A stretch of 64,000 nucleotides of DNA from an uncultured Verrucomicrobiae bacterium (GTDB lineage: Bacteria > Verrucomicrobiota > Verrucomicrobiia > Limisphaerales > Palsa-1400). Shown here piece after piece: positions 50,189 to 60,597 of the stretch (its first letter is position 1; each line of letters opens with the position of its first letter). The stretch lies in NCBI GenBank assembly GCA_963707025.1, contig CAVPOM010000004.1, positions 544,001 through 608,000 of the forward strand. Reading direction: 5' to 3'. The position numbers and the translations under genes are program-made. The notes under the pieces were generated by a model that was not told the DNA's origin, did no database searches, and saw only the letters and a program-made list of their open reading frames with translations.

Positions 50189-52339
50189 TCACCTGGTCAA
50201 CAATGGAATGTACTCAGCGATTTCGCCCGTCAGGGTTTTTGCCAGCAGTCGCGCCTGCAATTCAAGCGCCCGACGGTAGCTGACTTTGTAGTCAAACAAT
50301 GGGTGGGTGATGAGCGAACTCATGCGCTGCTCATACATCTGGAAAAAGCGTTTGCGCCCCGGTGCAGTGAGATTCACTGTTTGGCCGGCCCGCACAAAAT
50401 CCTTTTCCGTGACGACGCGATTGTTGATGCAACTCAGCACCGTGGATTCCGCCACCAACGGCCTCATTTCTTCCATCAGATCCAACCCCAACGCCGGCCG
50501 CCCAAACCGAGGTTGGTGGTAAAACCCAATGTACGGGTCAAAACCGACTGCCAAGGCGGCGAGCGTGCAATCCTTGCTCAACATGCTATACGCCAGGGAA
50601 AGCATCGCGTTGACGGGGTCAGTCGGCGGACGGCGGTTGCGGTTGGTGAAGTTGAAGTTGAACGCAAGTTGTTTTGGATCTTTGCCAGGCATTTCGAGGC
50701 CGGGCAGGTCGTCTTCAACCTTGACCATGCCGTTGAACTGCTGGAAATACTGGCTGGCCGCCGCACCCTCGATTCCAAGAAGCTCCTCCAGTGAAGCGGC
50801 TGCCAACGCATCCTCAGATGCCCGCTTGAGTTTCAGGATAATTGGCTCCGGCGGCTCCAGGTGGTTTCGCATGAGCAGCGTGCGATGATTGCGGATTTTC
50901 CCATGCACAAATTGTCGGGCCAAGGAAAGGCACGTTGTCTGATCTCGTGCCAACCGAAATTGCTCCATCCGCAGAAACACATTCTTCAAGGCGTGACCGC
51001 GCGTAATCCCGTAAAACCAGCCGCCCATCGAAAAATAAGTGACGGGGATTTCCAGTTCGCAAAGCGACTGAATTGCCTGAGTCGAGATTTGGATGTTTCC
51101 GAACAGCGCAACGTGTGAAAGATCGCGCATCCGCACTTCCTCGATGACCCTGTCTTTTTCTTTAACCGTCAACACCTCGTCTTTGCATCCCACACGATAA
51201 CCCTGGGTGTTCAGATACAGCGGACGGGTATCGTCTCGCGCGGCAATCAATCTGCGGGGCGGCTCTCCCGCCACGCGGTTCGAGTCTTCCGACGATTCTG
51301 TTGCTGGCGTGTCTGCTTTTTCCCGCACACTCAAATCAACCGCCGCATGAGTTTGCGCCAGCATTCGTGTTTCGTCCGGCAGACAAACCGGGGCGAGTGA
51401 ACAACGCACACATTTCGGAGAATGGACCAGCGGCGCCGGAATCGGCCCCGTGACGACCCGTCTGGCCTCGGCAATGTTTTGCAGAATCCAGTTTTCCAGT
51501 TCGGGAGTGATCGGCAGGCGAACGCGCTGTTTCGTGGCACGATAATAAATGACGCCCTCGTTGCAGGTGTAGCCGTTATCGCGCAGAATCAACGCCTGCA
51601 ATCCAAGTTGCATCTTGTCGGTGTCCCATAGTTCATTTGCTGCCTCTCCCTCTTTGGGCGCACCCGCCTTATAGTCAACCGGGCAGACCTCCAACGCGGT
51701 AAACAAATCGTCCTTCTCTGTTTTCGTCTCAACCAAGTCCATTTTTGCGACGACGCCCAACCGCTCTGATCCCATTTGGACGGAACGCGAATGAATGGTT
51801 TCGGGCTCGGCGTTCTTTGTTTCAGACTCTTTGCTTGTAGATCCAGCATCCGCCGTTTTTCCCGCTTCTGTCTTTGCCTTGTCGGCATCCGTCTTTCGTT
51901 TGGCTTTCGGCAAAGCCCCATTGCCGGAATCAACGCGCTGATGAATGGCCCCGCCGCGCAACGTATCCACGCTCTCGACAAACACACCCTCGACGAATTC
52001 GTAATAGAACAGCCGCTGACAATAGACAAACTCGTTCAACATCCGAGCGGGAATCTGTTGCGGTTCATTCTCGAGGCGAGAGGGCGATGGTGGGGGCTGC
52101 GGCATTGCGGGCGCCAGAGTTTCGACCGTCGGTTGTGCAACGCTGGCCAGTTGTGACTCAACGGCCTCTATCCGCAATACAATCTTCACCGGTTTCGGCT
52201 CGCCGGTTTTCTGACGCGTCTCGCGTTCGCCGCCCAATCTCGCCCCCCCTGCACCCGGCGAAAGACCCCTCGGCGTCAGTGACGATTCCGTTTCACTCAA
52301 ACGATTTTCGGACGAAGCCGATGGGTCTTGGTCGTTCAT
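50189..52339 (-). CDS. cas1: Cas4-Cas1 fusion (likely start MNDQD at 52339)
   Basis: Cas4: LNEFVYCQRLFY, MDLVE, PVDYK, KCVRCSLAPVCLP. Cas1: LGIEGAAA, RNRRPPTDPVNAMLSLAY, GFYH, LDLMEEMR. Confidence 0.96.
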   Translation of the reverse strand: MNDQDPSASSENRLSETESSLTPRGLSPGAGGARLGGERETRQKTGEPKPVKIVLRIEAVESQLASVAQPTVETLAPAMPQPPPSPSRLENEPQQIPARMLNEFVYCQRLFYYEFVEGVFVESVDTLRGGAIHQRVDSGNGALPKAKRKTDADKAKTEAGKTADAGSTSKESETKNAEPETIHSRSVQMGSERLGVVAKMDLVETKTEKDDLFTALEVCPVDYKAGAPKEGEAANELWDTDKMQLGLQALILRDNGYTCNEGVIYYRATKQRVRLPITPELENWILQNIAEARRVVTGPIPAPLVHSPKCVRCSLAPVCLPDETRMLAQTHAAVDLSVREKADTPATESSEDSNRVAGEPPRRLIAARDDTRPLYLNTQGYRVGCKDEVLTVKEKDRVIEEVRMRDLSHVALFGNIQISTQAIQSLCELEIPVTYFSMGGWFYGITRGHALKNVFLRMEQFRLARDQTTCLSLARQFVHGKIRNHRTLLMRNHLEPPEPIILKLKRASEDALAAASLEELLGIEGAAASQYFQQFNGMVKVEDDLPGLEMPGKDPKQLAFNFNFTNRNRRPPTDPVNAMLSLAYSMLSKDCTLAALAVGFDPYIGFYHQPRFGRPALGLDLMEEMRPLVAESTVLSCINNRVVTEKDFVRAGQTVNLTAPGRKRFFQMYEQRMSSLITHPLFDYKVSYRRALELQARLLAKTLTGEIAEYIPLLTR

Positions 52340-54036
52340 AGTTTTGATTGATTGCGAACGGATTCTTCGGAGTCGCCTTGGGTGGGTTGCACGGTCCCCC
52401 CATCCATAATCGGCGCGAACAGGCCAAGACCGAAGTGGCAGGAGTGGCCGAGGGCGATTGGGCCGGCAATGGGTTTTGGAAAGGTGAGGCGGAAGGAACC
52501 GCAAAGGCGGCGTCCGCCGTCGTCGCCGCGTTTTTGGCGAAAGCGTTTGAACTCTAGCGGGCGTCGTTGTTGTGGGCCGAGGCGGAAGACACCGTTTTCC
52601 ATTTCTGGGGCGATTCCGATGGAGTCCAAATCAACACTTGCGAGTTCAGGATGACGTTCGATGAGGCGGCGTAGTTCTTCGCGGAGCATAGCGGTCACAA
52701 ACGCCTCTGGTGAAGTCAACCACCCAGCGGGATCTCGCTGAGTGCCGTTCTTTTTTGGGTGTCGTTGCGCAATGAAAGGCGTCGTGCTTACCCATTCCCT
52801 CGCAGGGCCGAGCGGGCCATGATGCCCCGAACGATAGTCTGCGAGGCTTCCCATCCCGAGCAGCATCACGCGGAGTGGGTGTCCGGATTCTTCCCGGTCG
52901 TGGCTTTTGATTTCCCGCATCGAGTCAATGGCCCGGAGTTCATCCGGGCCAAAGCCATCCGAAGCTACCAAGGTAAGGTGATCAAGCCGCCCGTCGTTGT
53001 CATCATCCGTCGGCAGGTAGAAGGTGTGACCGTGGCCAGTGGCCACCTCTCCCGTGTCGGATTTGCCGGAGAATAACCGCGAGTTTCCACGGCTCCCGTT
53101 GATGCGCTCAAGTTGTCTGCCCAAGATGCCCATGAGATTCCGACGCGCGGCCTCTGCCACGGGCAGCGTGTGTGTAGAGAGCGGCAGCACGGAAGAATCG
53201 AGGGCGAAGCGGATGACTTGCGGGCGTGGTTGCGAAGAAACACGCGGGCGACGTTGCGGCGTTACTTTGAAACAGTCCACCCGCCGGGTGTAGCGGACCC
53301 AGCGACTACCGGGTGGGTCTGACCATTTACCTTCGTGAAGCCAGAGGGTTTCGCCGCACAAGTGCCAGTCGGGGTCGTAGTGCGGGGTGATGGTGGTTTG
53401 CTTGGCTTTCTCCTTACCGGTCGTGATTGTTTCCTTCGGTGTGTGCGTGCCCTCAAAGGCGGTAGCCGGGTCTGCGCAGAGGACACGGACAACTTCCATT
53501 CCTTGCTCTGCCGCGCGTGTTCCCAGCGGGCGGGTGTTGATTTCGCCAATCCGCGTTTCCATCTCATTGTCCGGCACAAGCCGCGCCTCGCACCACGCTT
53601 CCGCGCGCCCGAGGTAGCCGAGTTGGGCCAGCCAATCGGAGAGCAACGCACGGTCCTCCTCGCTCAATTGTGCATCCGGCCACACGAGCAGGACTTCGTT
53701 TTCTGGCGGCACGACGACGAAGGTGTCGAAAATGAGGGTTTTGGCTATGTGAGGTTTTGCAGGCGTCCACTTTTTGTTCCAAGGCATGTAGTGCCGCGTG
53801 TGGCTCGAAGATGCCTTAGGTAATCCAAACTCAGGCTTCTCGGCCAATACGCGAAGGATGCGCGCCGCATCTTCAGTTTGAATTCTATCCGCCAGCTTTC
53901 CCCTCCATGCCGCGACGAGACTTCGCAGAAGTCGCCACGGGGAAGGAGGCCACTCTGGGACACCTTCGTTCACATGGTGGCCCCACGGTGTGGCATGAAA
54001 GCGCCCGGCGAGGAAGCTGAGGGCTATCGAGATCAT
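52336..54036 (-). CDS. csb2: Type I-G Cas5/Cas6 fusion Csb2
   Basis: GRFHATPWG…EWPPSPWRLLRSL, YLGRAEAW, C-terminal GPIALGHSCHFGLGLF G-loop. Confidence 0.93.
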   Translation of the reverse strand: MISIALSFLAGRFHATPWGHHVNEGVPEWPPSPWRLLRSLVAAWRGKLADRIQTEDAARILRVLAEKPEFGLPKASSSHTRHYMPWNKKWTPAKPHIAKTLIFDTFVVVPPENEVLLVWPDAQLSEEDRALLSDWLAQLGYLGRAEAWCEARLVPDNEMETRIGEINTRPLGTRAAEQGMEVVRVLCADPATAFEGTHTPKETITTGKEKAKQTTITPHYDPDWHLCGETLWLHEGKWSDPPGSRWVRYTRRVDCFKVTPQRRPRVSSQPRPQVIRFALDSSVLPLSTHTLPVAEAARRNLMGILGRQLERINGSRGNSRLFSGKSDTGEVATGHGHTFYLPTDDDNDGRLDHLTLVASDGFGPDELRAIDSMREIKSHDREESGHPLRVMLLGMGSLADYRSGHHGPLGPAREWVSTTPFIAQRHPKKNGTQRDPAGWLTSPEAFVTAMLREELRRLIERHPELASVDLDSIGIAPEMENGVFRLGPQQRRPLEFKRFRQKRGDDGGRRLCGSFRLTFPKPIAGPIALGHSCHFGLGLFAPIMDGGTVQPTQGDSEESVRNQSKL

Positions 54037-55334
54037 ACTGCGGGGTCTTCGGCTTCCTCTTCTTCAGTATCCGTTCCAGTACATTTCTCGGCAACCAGCT
54101 TTTGAAGCACTTTGTTGTCCGGGAAAAGCTCTACAGCCAGCGCGTCAGGCTCAACCGATTCGAGTAACTTGGCTTTGATCTTCAGCGTTTTCTTCCCTTT
54201 GGCGGTGGAGAACGAGAGCAGCTTTTCCTTCTTCCGGGCATCTGAAATAAGCGGTGCAGGTGCATCACTCTGAAGTTCAATGGTGACATCCTTGGGAGCC
54301 AACTTGAACTCCGACTCAACAGGCTTATCCGCGAAGAGTTTCTTATCCGCGCACTGCTTTATCAAAACCTTACACTCGGCTTCTAATTCCCCGAGCGTGG
54401 GAATTATGAAACCGGCTTTTGGGCGTGTCACGCGAAGGCCATCTACACCTTCCACCGGAGTTACAACTTCCAAGTCACAAGCCGCACGCAGGCGAAGGTC
54501 AAGGTCGAGAAAGCGCCGGATTTTCAAAAGAGAGATGGCGACCATTAACTTGTAACCTTCCTCGGGGAGCCCATAGCCACGTAGCAGAGCGAGATCGAGG
54601 TTGAAGAACGCGGTAATTTTCTCCGCTACGAACTCCGTTTTCGGATACGGCACATTACCAAAGCCTCCTTTGGCATCGAGCCCCGCCTTTTTTGGCGATG
54701 GCAACACATGATCCACCTTCACGCCGCCGCTCTCGGCCCGCCTCACGTTTGCCGCTTCGATAAAACCGGACAGTGCCCGAGTGACCCTCATGCGTCCGTC
54801 GAGCTTCTCAAGAAACACCCCGTGAATGAGGCTGCACGGATCAAACCAGAAAATGGCATCCGTCATTTTCTTACGATTGAGAACTCCGGGCACACTACTC
54901 GAACCTTCCTCGCCCGAGTCTTTGTCGCCTTTCTTTACGCTCGGAACCTTGAGTCCCAACTTGTCGCAGAAGGCTCTTCGAAAGGCTGATCCTTTCTCGT
55001 TGTCGTCGCCCTTCCAAAGATAGGGCGAATTGAGGCGATGAAACTCTTGGAGTGTCGTCGTGGTGCCAAAACGTCCGCAATCGATCTTTACGTAGGGCAA
55101 TCCTTGAAGCGCTTGGATGATGTCGCCTTTCCCTGCGTCCCAACAGGCTTTTTCCAAGTAGTTCGCCACGGACTGTGCCGATTCCAGCAAAAGGTGCTGG
55201 GAGTCATCCGGTAATTTGTAAACGGCTGGTCCAAGGTCGGCGAATCCAGTGGGCTGGAATCGCTCTCCTTGCAACGGTTTCAGTGTAGCCTCCAATAAGA
55301 GGCGAGGTTGGTTTACGAGTGCGGTGTAGTTCAT
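54033..55334 (-). CDS. csb1: Type I-G Cas7 (Csb1)
   Basis: RFQPTGFADLG, LLESAQSVAN, HRLNSPY, DPCSLIHGVF, GFGNVPY, LRLRAACDL. Confidence 0.92.
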   Translation of the reverse strand: MNYTALVNQPRLLLEATLKPLQGERFQPTGFADLGPAVYKLPDDSQHLLLESAQSVANYLEKACWDAGKGDIIQALQGLPYVKIDCGRFGTTTTLQEFHRLNSPYLWKGDDNEKGSAFRRAFCDKLGLKVPSVKKGDKDSGEEGSSSVPGVLNRKKMTDAIFWFDPCSLIHGVFLEKLDGRMRVTRALSGFIEAANVRRAESGGVKVDHVLPSPKKAGLDAKGGFGNVPYPKTEFVAEKITAFFNLDLALLRGYGLPEEGYKLMVAISLLKIRRFLDLDLRLRAACDLEVVTPVEGVDGLRVTRPKAGFIIPTLGELEAECKVLIKQCADKKLFADKPVESEFKLAPKDVTIELQSDAPAPLISDARKKEKLLSFSTAKGKKTLKIKAKLLESVEPDALAVELFPDNKVLQKLVAEKCTGTDTEEEEAEDPAV

Positions 55335-55382
55335 GAATTTGGATGTTTCAGTTTTGTGTTTTAGATTCGATGAGAATAGAAA

Positions 55383-57611
55383 TCAGGCGGCTTCCGGCTT
55401 TTCTGGCCGGAGAATCCGGGTTTTGAGAGAATCGACCGCGAGCGGATGAATTGGAATCAGCAGGGCGGCGGCGAGGCGGTTGGCGGTGAGGCCGGGCCAG
55501 CGGGTTTCGGCCCATTCGCCATCACGACCGGGGTGGCCATGCATGGCTTGCAGTTGTACGAGGTGTCGCCTGCCGCGAAGAACCTGCGCGGCCCGCTGGC
55601 ACGCCTCGGCAAGCAGATCGGCACGGAGCAGAGCGAGGACGCGGGCATCGGGAGCGTCAGGGGTTTTGGCGTCGTCTGCAGAGGAATCGCGGTCAGGTGG
55701 AACGAATAGCAGCTTCAAGAGAGCGTAGCTACTTGGGAGCGGCTGGGAGTCGGATGTTTCCTGACGGACAGAGCGATAGTTGCGCGAATCACAAAGACAA
55801 AGGCCCCAGAGGAGGTCAGCGATGAGACTTTCATCCAGCGCGTCTGCGAGGAAGCGGCACACGGCATTGAGCGGCGCATGGTGACTAGCTTTCAAGGCAT
55901 GGGCGTTGCCGCCTGCGCGATCGGCATCCATCGCGCGACGAGTGAGAATGGCGGCAAGATTTCCGGGCAAATCGCCGATTGTCCAAACGACGGCGCGATC
56001 CTTCTCCGCCCATGCCATAAATCGTCCCTTTGTCTCGACTGGTTCCAAGTTGCGCCGGATGGAACCCACTTTCACGTCTGGTTCAAAGATGGATGCGAGG
56101 GCGAGAGCAATGCGGAATTCGTCGCTATGGTCATCCGCAGCTACGATCCATGCGCTGGAGAGCGGAGTGATGGGGTGGAGTCCTTTCGCTTCGTCACGGA
56201 AACGCGGAGCAGATGCAATGAGTGCCTCCGCCCGTCCGAGAGAAATGAGAATACGCTGAAACATCCCGGTGCCACCATGCTGGCAATAGTCGAAGATGGC
56301 GCGTTCGATCTGGCGAAGTGCGGAGCGGAAGCGGGCCGAACCGCGCTTTTCATCATCCTCTTTGTTTTTCTTCGTGGCCGCTGATCTGAAACGGCTTAGC
56401 CATTCTTCCACTTCCTTCAACCAATCACCTTCCGTGCGAGGGTGAACCGCAACCTCGCCCAACGAAACCCCCATAAAGCTCTGACCGTTTCGCATGAGGA
56501 AAGCAAATCTGCTGAAAGATGAAATCCCTCGATCCACGCCATGCGCGACGACTGCCCTAGCAAAGTCCAGCCCTGTTCTGCCCGAGCGACGGTTCACTGA
56601 CACGCGCCCTTCAGAAAGCAGATTCATTAGTTCCCGCAAACCGGTTGGCTTGTCCCAGAGAGGACACCACATCTCAGCGATCTCACGTTTTGCCTTTTTT
56701 GGTTTACTGTCCTCCCATGCGGCAAGACTACCGGTTCCAACAGATGAAACCTTTGCCGTGAATGGAAACGCAGCGACACCAGAGCTGGAGGAGCCATGCT
56801 GGCGGTGGGCGCTAGAAGCCCATAGCAGCGTGCCCTCAAGAGCCAAAACGTAATCCCATGGATTTGTCCTCGAATCCCCTTCAAAGCCTTGCGTGGTATT
56901 CGGTCCTCCCGCTGCCGATGTCGAAAAATGGCCGGGGGTTTGCGATGAAGAAACACCGCGCACAATTTTGTCGAACAGCGCAGCCTCGATAGCCTCGTCA
57001 TGCTCGCGATCTATAACGCAAGATACGAGCTGCTGAACGAACCCAGACACATAGCTGCCGCTTCCTTCATTTCCCCCGGTTCCAAGCAAAGGAGGGAACT
57101 TCCGGTCTTCGCCTACCAAAACGAAACACGTATCGAGCCAACTAAGGGTGATTTCAGATGCAGAACTGCGGCAGGCCGCGAGCAGATCGAGTTTTTTTTC
57201 ATCACTCGCCTTTTCTGTGATGCCCTGACGGCGCAGCAAAATCTTGAAATCTGCCATCACCTGTCGAAAATCCTTAAACCGCATTCCAAGATTTCCTCCT
57301 CGTGCGAGCCGACTCACCTTTTGGAGGGCTCCACGAGCTGCTTGTTCAGGTGTGCCCTTGAAAAATCCTGAACGTGCCGCCCACGGCCCCATAATTGGAG
57401 AGGGGGCGTACTCGTTAAGGAAAAAGGCGGCAAGGCCCGGCGCATCAAGAGCGGATGTGAGAGTGAAAATACCGGAGTTCCACATTCCTGTAGCACTGGG
57501 GTCTCTTTGTTGCGCGACGATCCTCAATATCCCCAGCGCCTTGAGGTAATTCATCAGCGGTTCCGGCGTGCAGCCGGAGAGTGGGATGGCGTGGCTGGTG
57601 ATGGCGCTCAT
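55383..57611 (-). CDS. csx17: Type I-G large subunit Cas8g (Csx17)
   Basis: GCTPEPLMNYLKALGILR, PLLGTGGNEG, NPWDYVLALEG, EMWCPLW, GVDRGI…RNGQS. Confidence 0.92.
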   Translation of the reverse strand: MSAITSHAIPLSGCTPEPLMNYLKALGILRIVAQQRDPSATGMWNSGIFTLTSALDAPGLAAFFLNEYAPSPIMGPWAARSGFFKGTPEQAARGALQKVSRLARGGNLGMRFKDFRQVMADFKILLRRQGITEKASDEKKLDLLAACRSSASEITLSWLDTCFVLVGEDRKFPPLLGTGGNEGSGSYVSGFVQQLVSCVIDREHDEAIEAALFDKIVRGVSSSQTPGHFSTSAAGGPNTTQGFEGDSRTNPWDYVLALEGTLLWASSAHRQHGSSSSGVAAFPFTAKVSSVGTGSLAAWEDSKPKKAKREIAEMWCPLWDKPTGLRELMNLLSEGRVSVNRRSGRTGLDFARAVVAHGVDRGISSFSRFAFLMRNGQSFMGVSLGEVAVHPRTEGDWLKEVEEWLSRFRSAATKKNKEDDEKRGSARFRSALRQIERAIFDYCQHGGTGMFQRILISLGRAEALIASAPRFRDEAKGLHPITPLSSAWIVAADDHSDEFRIALALASIFEPDVKVGSIRRNLEPVETKGRFMAWAEKDRAVVWTIGDLPGNLAAILTRRAMDADRAGGNAHALKASHHAPLNAVCRFLADALDESLIADLLWGLCLCDSRNYRSVRQETSDSQPLPSSYALLKLLFVPPDRDSSADDAKTPDAPDARVLALLRADLLAEACQRAAQVLRGRRHLVQLQAMHGHPGRDGEWAETRWPGLTANRLAAALLIPIHPLAVDSLKTRILRPEKPEAA

Positions 57612-60223
57612 TTGATGATTGCGGTGTGGTTTTTAGCCGAGGCGCGTTCATCGGCGGCGCGGAGGAAAGTTTCCCAGTAGGCGAGGCGCAATGGGCCAAA
57701 TTCGGCGGCGTCCCGGAGGGCGAGCATTCGTTCGGCCCAACTCGGGTAGTTCTCGAATGGCTTTTGCGTGCAGAGGCCAAGTTCCATCGGCTCCAGCGAA
57801 AGCGTCAAGGATGGCGATATGATGCTATCGCCGAGAGAAACTTCCGCGAGTAAATCGCCATCCCACACGCCACGCGCAAATCTCTTCTCTCCCGGCGGCA
57901 CGTCTTCATCTGGCATGGAGCGAATGGAAAGACGGACTTTCCCGTGATGCGCGGCGATGAGCCAGACGACGAGGTCTCGGAGTTCTTCGGGGATGTTGCC
58001 TACGCCCGGCTGGAGGACTGCGAGGGCTGAAGCAAGTTCGTGGCGGAAATGCCTGCGCCGCTTGAGCGTTTCGCCTTCGGCGTCTTTTTCACGGTGATGC
58101 TTCCATGCCCCATCCGGCGCTTTCGCAATAGGTGTGTGGGCTTTGCCATCGGCACTGAGGCGGCGGTCGAGTTTGATCTTCGACTGAAAGGCTTCGTGCG
58201 CTTTACCGAGGTCATGCCAGCGGGCAGCGATGGGCAGAGCGGCGCAGACTACTCCGGTTTCCTCCAGGATGGCGTGCAGTTCTCCGCACACATCATCGGT
58301 GTGTTGGGCAATGGACTGCCAGTTGCCGGCGGACGCGGGGTCTTGATCGTTTCCATCGTCAGTGCCTGATGCAGCAGTCGGAACCGGTGCAACGCTTGAT
58401 GCAATGGAGGTGTCGAATCCCGTTTCCGGCGAGTAGCCCCCAGCTTCCGATGCGAGGAGATAAATCTGACCGGGGACGATGCTGAATTCGCCTATGTCCT
58501 TTTGCACTTTCGCCCATTCACTCTCCAAGTAGTCCCAACGCCACGGGGTCAGCTTCTTCTTTTTTAGCCACTCTTTCATTGCGCCAATTGGAGCGGGGCA
58601 GAGTTCCCGGCGATGCGCTTGGGGAAAATCTGTGACTGGAGGGCGCGCGCCTTTGGCTCCGACCCAAGTTCGCCAAAAAAGCTGCACGCTGCGGTCTTCG
58701 ATTTCCCGAACCCAGCGATCAATATCTATGTCCTGTCCGGCAAGATCAGGCGTCGCATCGAAAAGGTCAATGAAGTCCCGCCGACGAATGACATGGCGGG
58801 CGGGCGGGCGATCTACCGATGGAATCGCCACGGCGCTGAGCGATGCTGGGCTGGCGTCGGCACCTGAAGCGCAAAGCTTGTCAATTTCCGCATTTGCCGC
58901 AACGAGTTGTTCATCGGTGTAAGGCAGCGGTTTTTCCGGTGTGATGAGAAAGATGCGGGCGTCAGGCTCAGTGCCGCGACGATTGCATCGGCCAAATCGC
59001 TGAACGAGCGAAGACCAAGGAGCGATCTCCGTGAACAAGGTTGCGGCGGAAATATCCACTCCCGCCTCAACGATCTGTGTGCTGATGACGAGGCGGCGCT
59101 TCCCCTCCGCGTCCGTAACTTTCTTCAACTGCTTCGCACGATCCTCTGGGCGGAACTGCGAGTGAAGGAGGATAGGGCGTTCATTCTCTGGCGCGTCCTT
59201 TCGGTGCTTGTTGATTTCAGCGTAGAGGCTACGCGCTTGTCTCACCGTATTGACGACGATAAGCGTGAGGCCATCGCGCTCTTTGATCGTATCGAGAATC
59301 TCGGAGGCAAGTGCTTTGGTATCTTTGCTGGACTTAACGCATCGGGCTACGGTCTTTTGGGCCAAACGAATCTTCTTAACGGACGCCGCATTGATGTCGA
59401 GGTCTTCCAGTTTGATCGCTTCAGGTAGAGTAGCCGGATCGAAATCAACCGTCCGGAGCCAGTCAAGTTCGCTCGTTGCGCTCATCCACCACGAATGGGT
59501 CGGGCTGCCAATTCCAAGGCGAGCGCGGAAAGCTGTGAGTTGTGCTGTCGTCAGAAGTCCCGGACCCATGAGTTGGACCTCGTCGAAGACCCAAAGTGCG
59601 TCGTTATTCAGCAGTCCAAAGTGCATCGGCCAACGGGCGCGGACCATACCGTAGCCACGATTCAGCGCCCGGCTCAAGAGCATGTCTTGGGTGCCGATGA
59701 GAATGGTGGGACGCTCGGGATGGATGTCCCAATCGCCAGCGTCTTCGCCGCCCATGAGGATCACCGGAGAATGTTCGAAAAGCCAAACAAGCTCTTCTTG
59801 AAAAGGGGCGAGTTCTTCAGCGAATGCGCCGGCGGCGCGAATATCTGCGATTTTCGACTGCATCCTGGCTGGTAAGTGGACCAAGGCCTTTCGGACCCGA
59901 AACCATGCGTTGCTGTTTTCGGGTGCGCCAAGGAGTGCAAGCCGACCGAGCCATACAGCTACTTCATTACGCGTCTGCTCGACCAGTGTCCGCATTGGCA
60001 GGCAATAGACGAGACGGCGTGGCCACTTTCGATTTGAAAATTGAACACGATTCCACAGCCAAGCCAGAACGACAGCGGCAGTTTTACCAAGGCCGGTTGG
60101 GACATTGATAAGCTGAGATTGGCAGGCTGTGCCAGAGTCGCCACCAGCAAGCCGTCGTTGGTAGTCGAACGGTTCATGGCCCGTCGCGCCACTGAAAAAC
60201 CGGTCGAATTTCGGCGAGTTCAC
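57608..60223 (-). CDS. cas3: Type I-G Cas3 (N-terminal SF2 helicase, C-terminal HD nuclease)
   Basis: PTGLGKT, RRLVYCLPMRTLVEQ, DEVQ, TQIVEAGVD, QRFGRCNR; HD region WHDLGK, RHELAS, AHHG, RAAD. Confidence 0.96.
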   Translation of the reverse strand: MNSPKFDRFFSGATGHEPFDYQRRLAGGDSGTACQSQLINVPTGLGKTAAVVLAWLWNRVQFSNRKWPRRLVYCLPMRTLVEQTRNEVAVWLGRLALLGAPENSNAWFRVRKALVHLPARMQSKIADIRAAGAFAEELAPFQEELVWLFEHSPVILMGGEDAGDWDIHPERPTILIGTQDMLLSRALNRGYGMVRARWPMHFGLLNNDALWVFDEVQLMGPGLLTTAQLTAFRARLGIGSPTHSWWMSATSELDWLRTVDFDPATLPEAIKLEDLDINAASVKKIRLAQKTVARCVKSSKDTKALASEILDTIKERDGLTLIVVNTVRQARSLYAEINKHRKDAPENERPILLHSQFRPEDRAKQLKKVTDAEGKRRLVISTQIVEAGVDISAATLFTEIAPWSSLVQRFGRCNRRGTEPDARIFLITPEKPLPYTDEQLVAANAEIDKLCASGADASPASLSAVAIPSVDRPPARHVIRRRDFIDLFDATPDLAGQDIDIDRWVREIEDRSVQLFWRTWVGAKGARPPVTDFPQAHRRELCPAPIGAMKEWLKKKKLTPWRWDYLESEWAKVQKDIGEFSIVPGQIYLLASEAGGYSPETGFDTSIASSVAPVPTAASGTDDGNDQDPASAGNWQSIAQHTDDVCGELHAILEETGVVCAALPIAARWHDLGKAHEAFQSKIKLDRRLSADGKAHTPIAKAPDGAWKHHREKDAEGETLKRRRHFRHELASALAVLQPGVGNIPEELRDLVVWLIAAHHGKVRLSIRSMPDEDVPPGEKRFARGVWDGDLLAEVSLGDSIISPSLTLSLEPMELGLCTQKPFENYPSWAERMLALRDAAEFGPLRLAYWETFLRAADERASAKNHTAIIK

Positions 60224-60597
60224 AATTCGCCGCCTTCCATTATTTCATCCTCAAGATGTCCGATCCTGAATTGCATGAGATCACCTTATATCGCGCCAAA
60301 GAGGAACCCGTCCCTTCGTCGTTTCTCGGCGTGGTTTTATTCTTCTATCAGAATAACTTGCAGACTGCGAGCACGAAAATTGTGCTCACCGTCATTATGA
60401 TTTGCCGCCCAGTTCATGGATCGTCCCGGCGCTTTTGTTGGGGTGTTGGCTTGCGGGGGACCTGATCAGAAGCCATCTTTGAACTTAATCAGCGCAATCC
60501 GCGCTTTGGCTGTCCCGGATTTTCCAGCCCGTACGGGTACATCCTTCCAGAGGCGGCGCTTGCCGTACTTGACCATAAGTTTCAGAATCAGTGCTCG

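Noticed and set aside
55335..60597. CreTA-like mini-array or isolated repeat in cas intergenic gaps
   Set aside because: No repeat-like sequence seen in 55335-55382 or 60224-60597.
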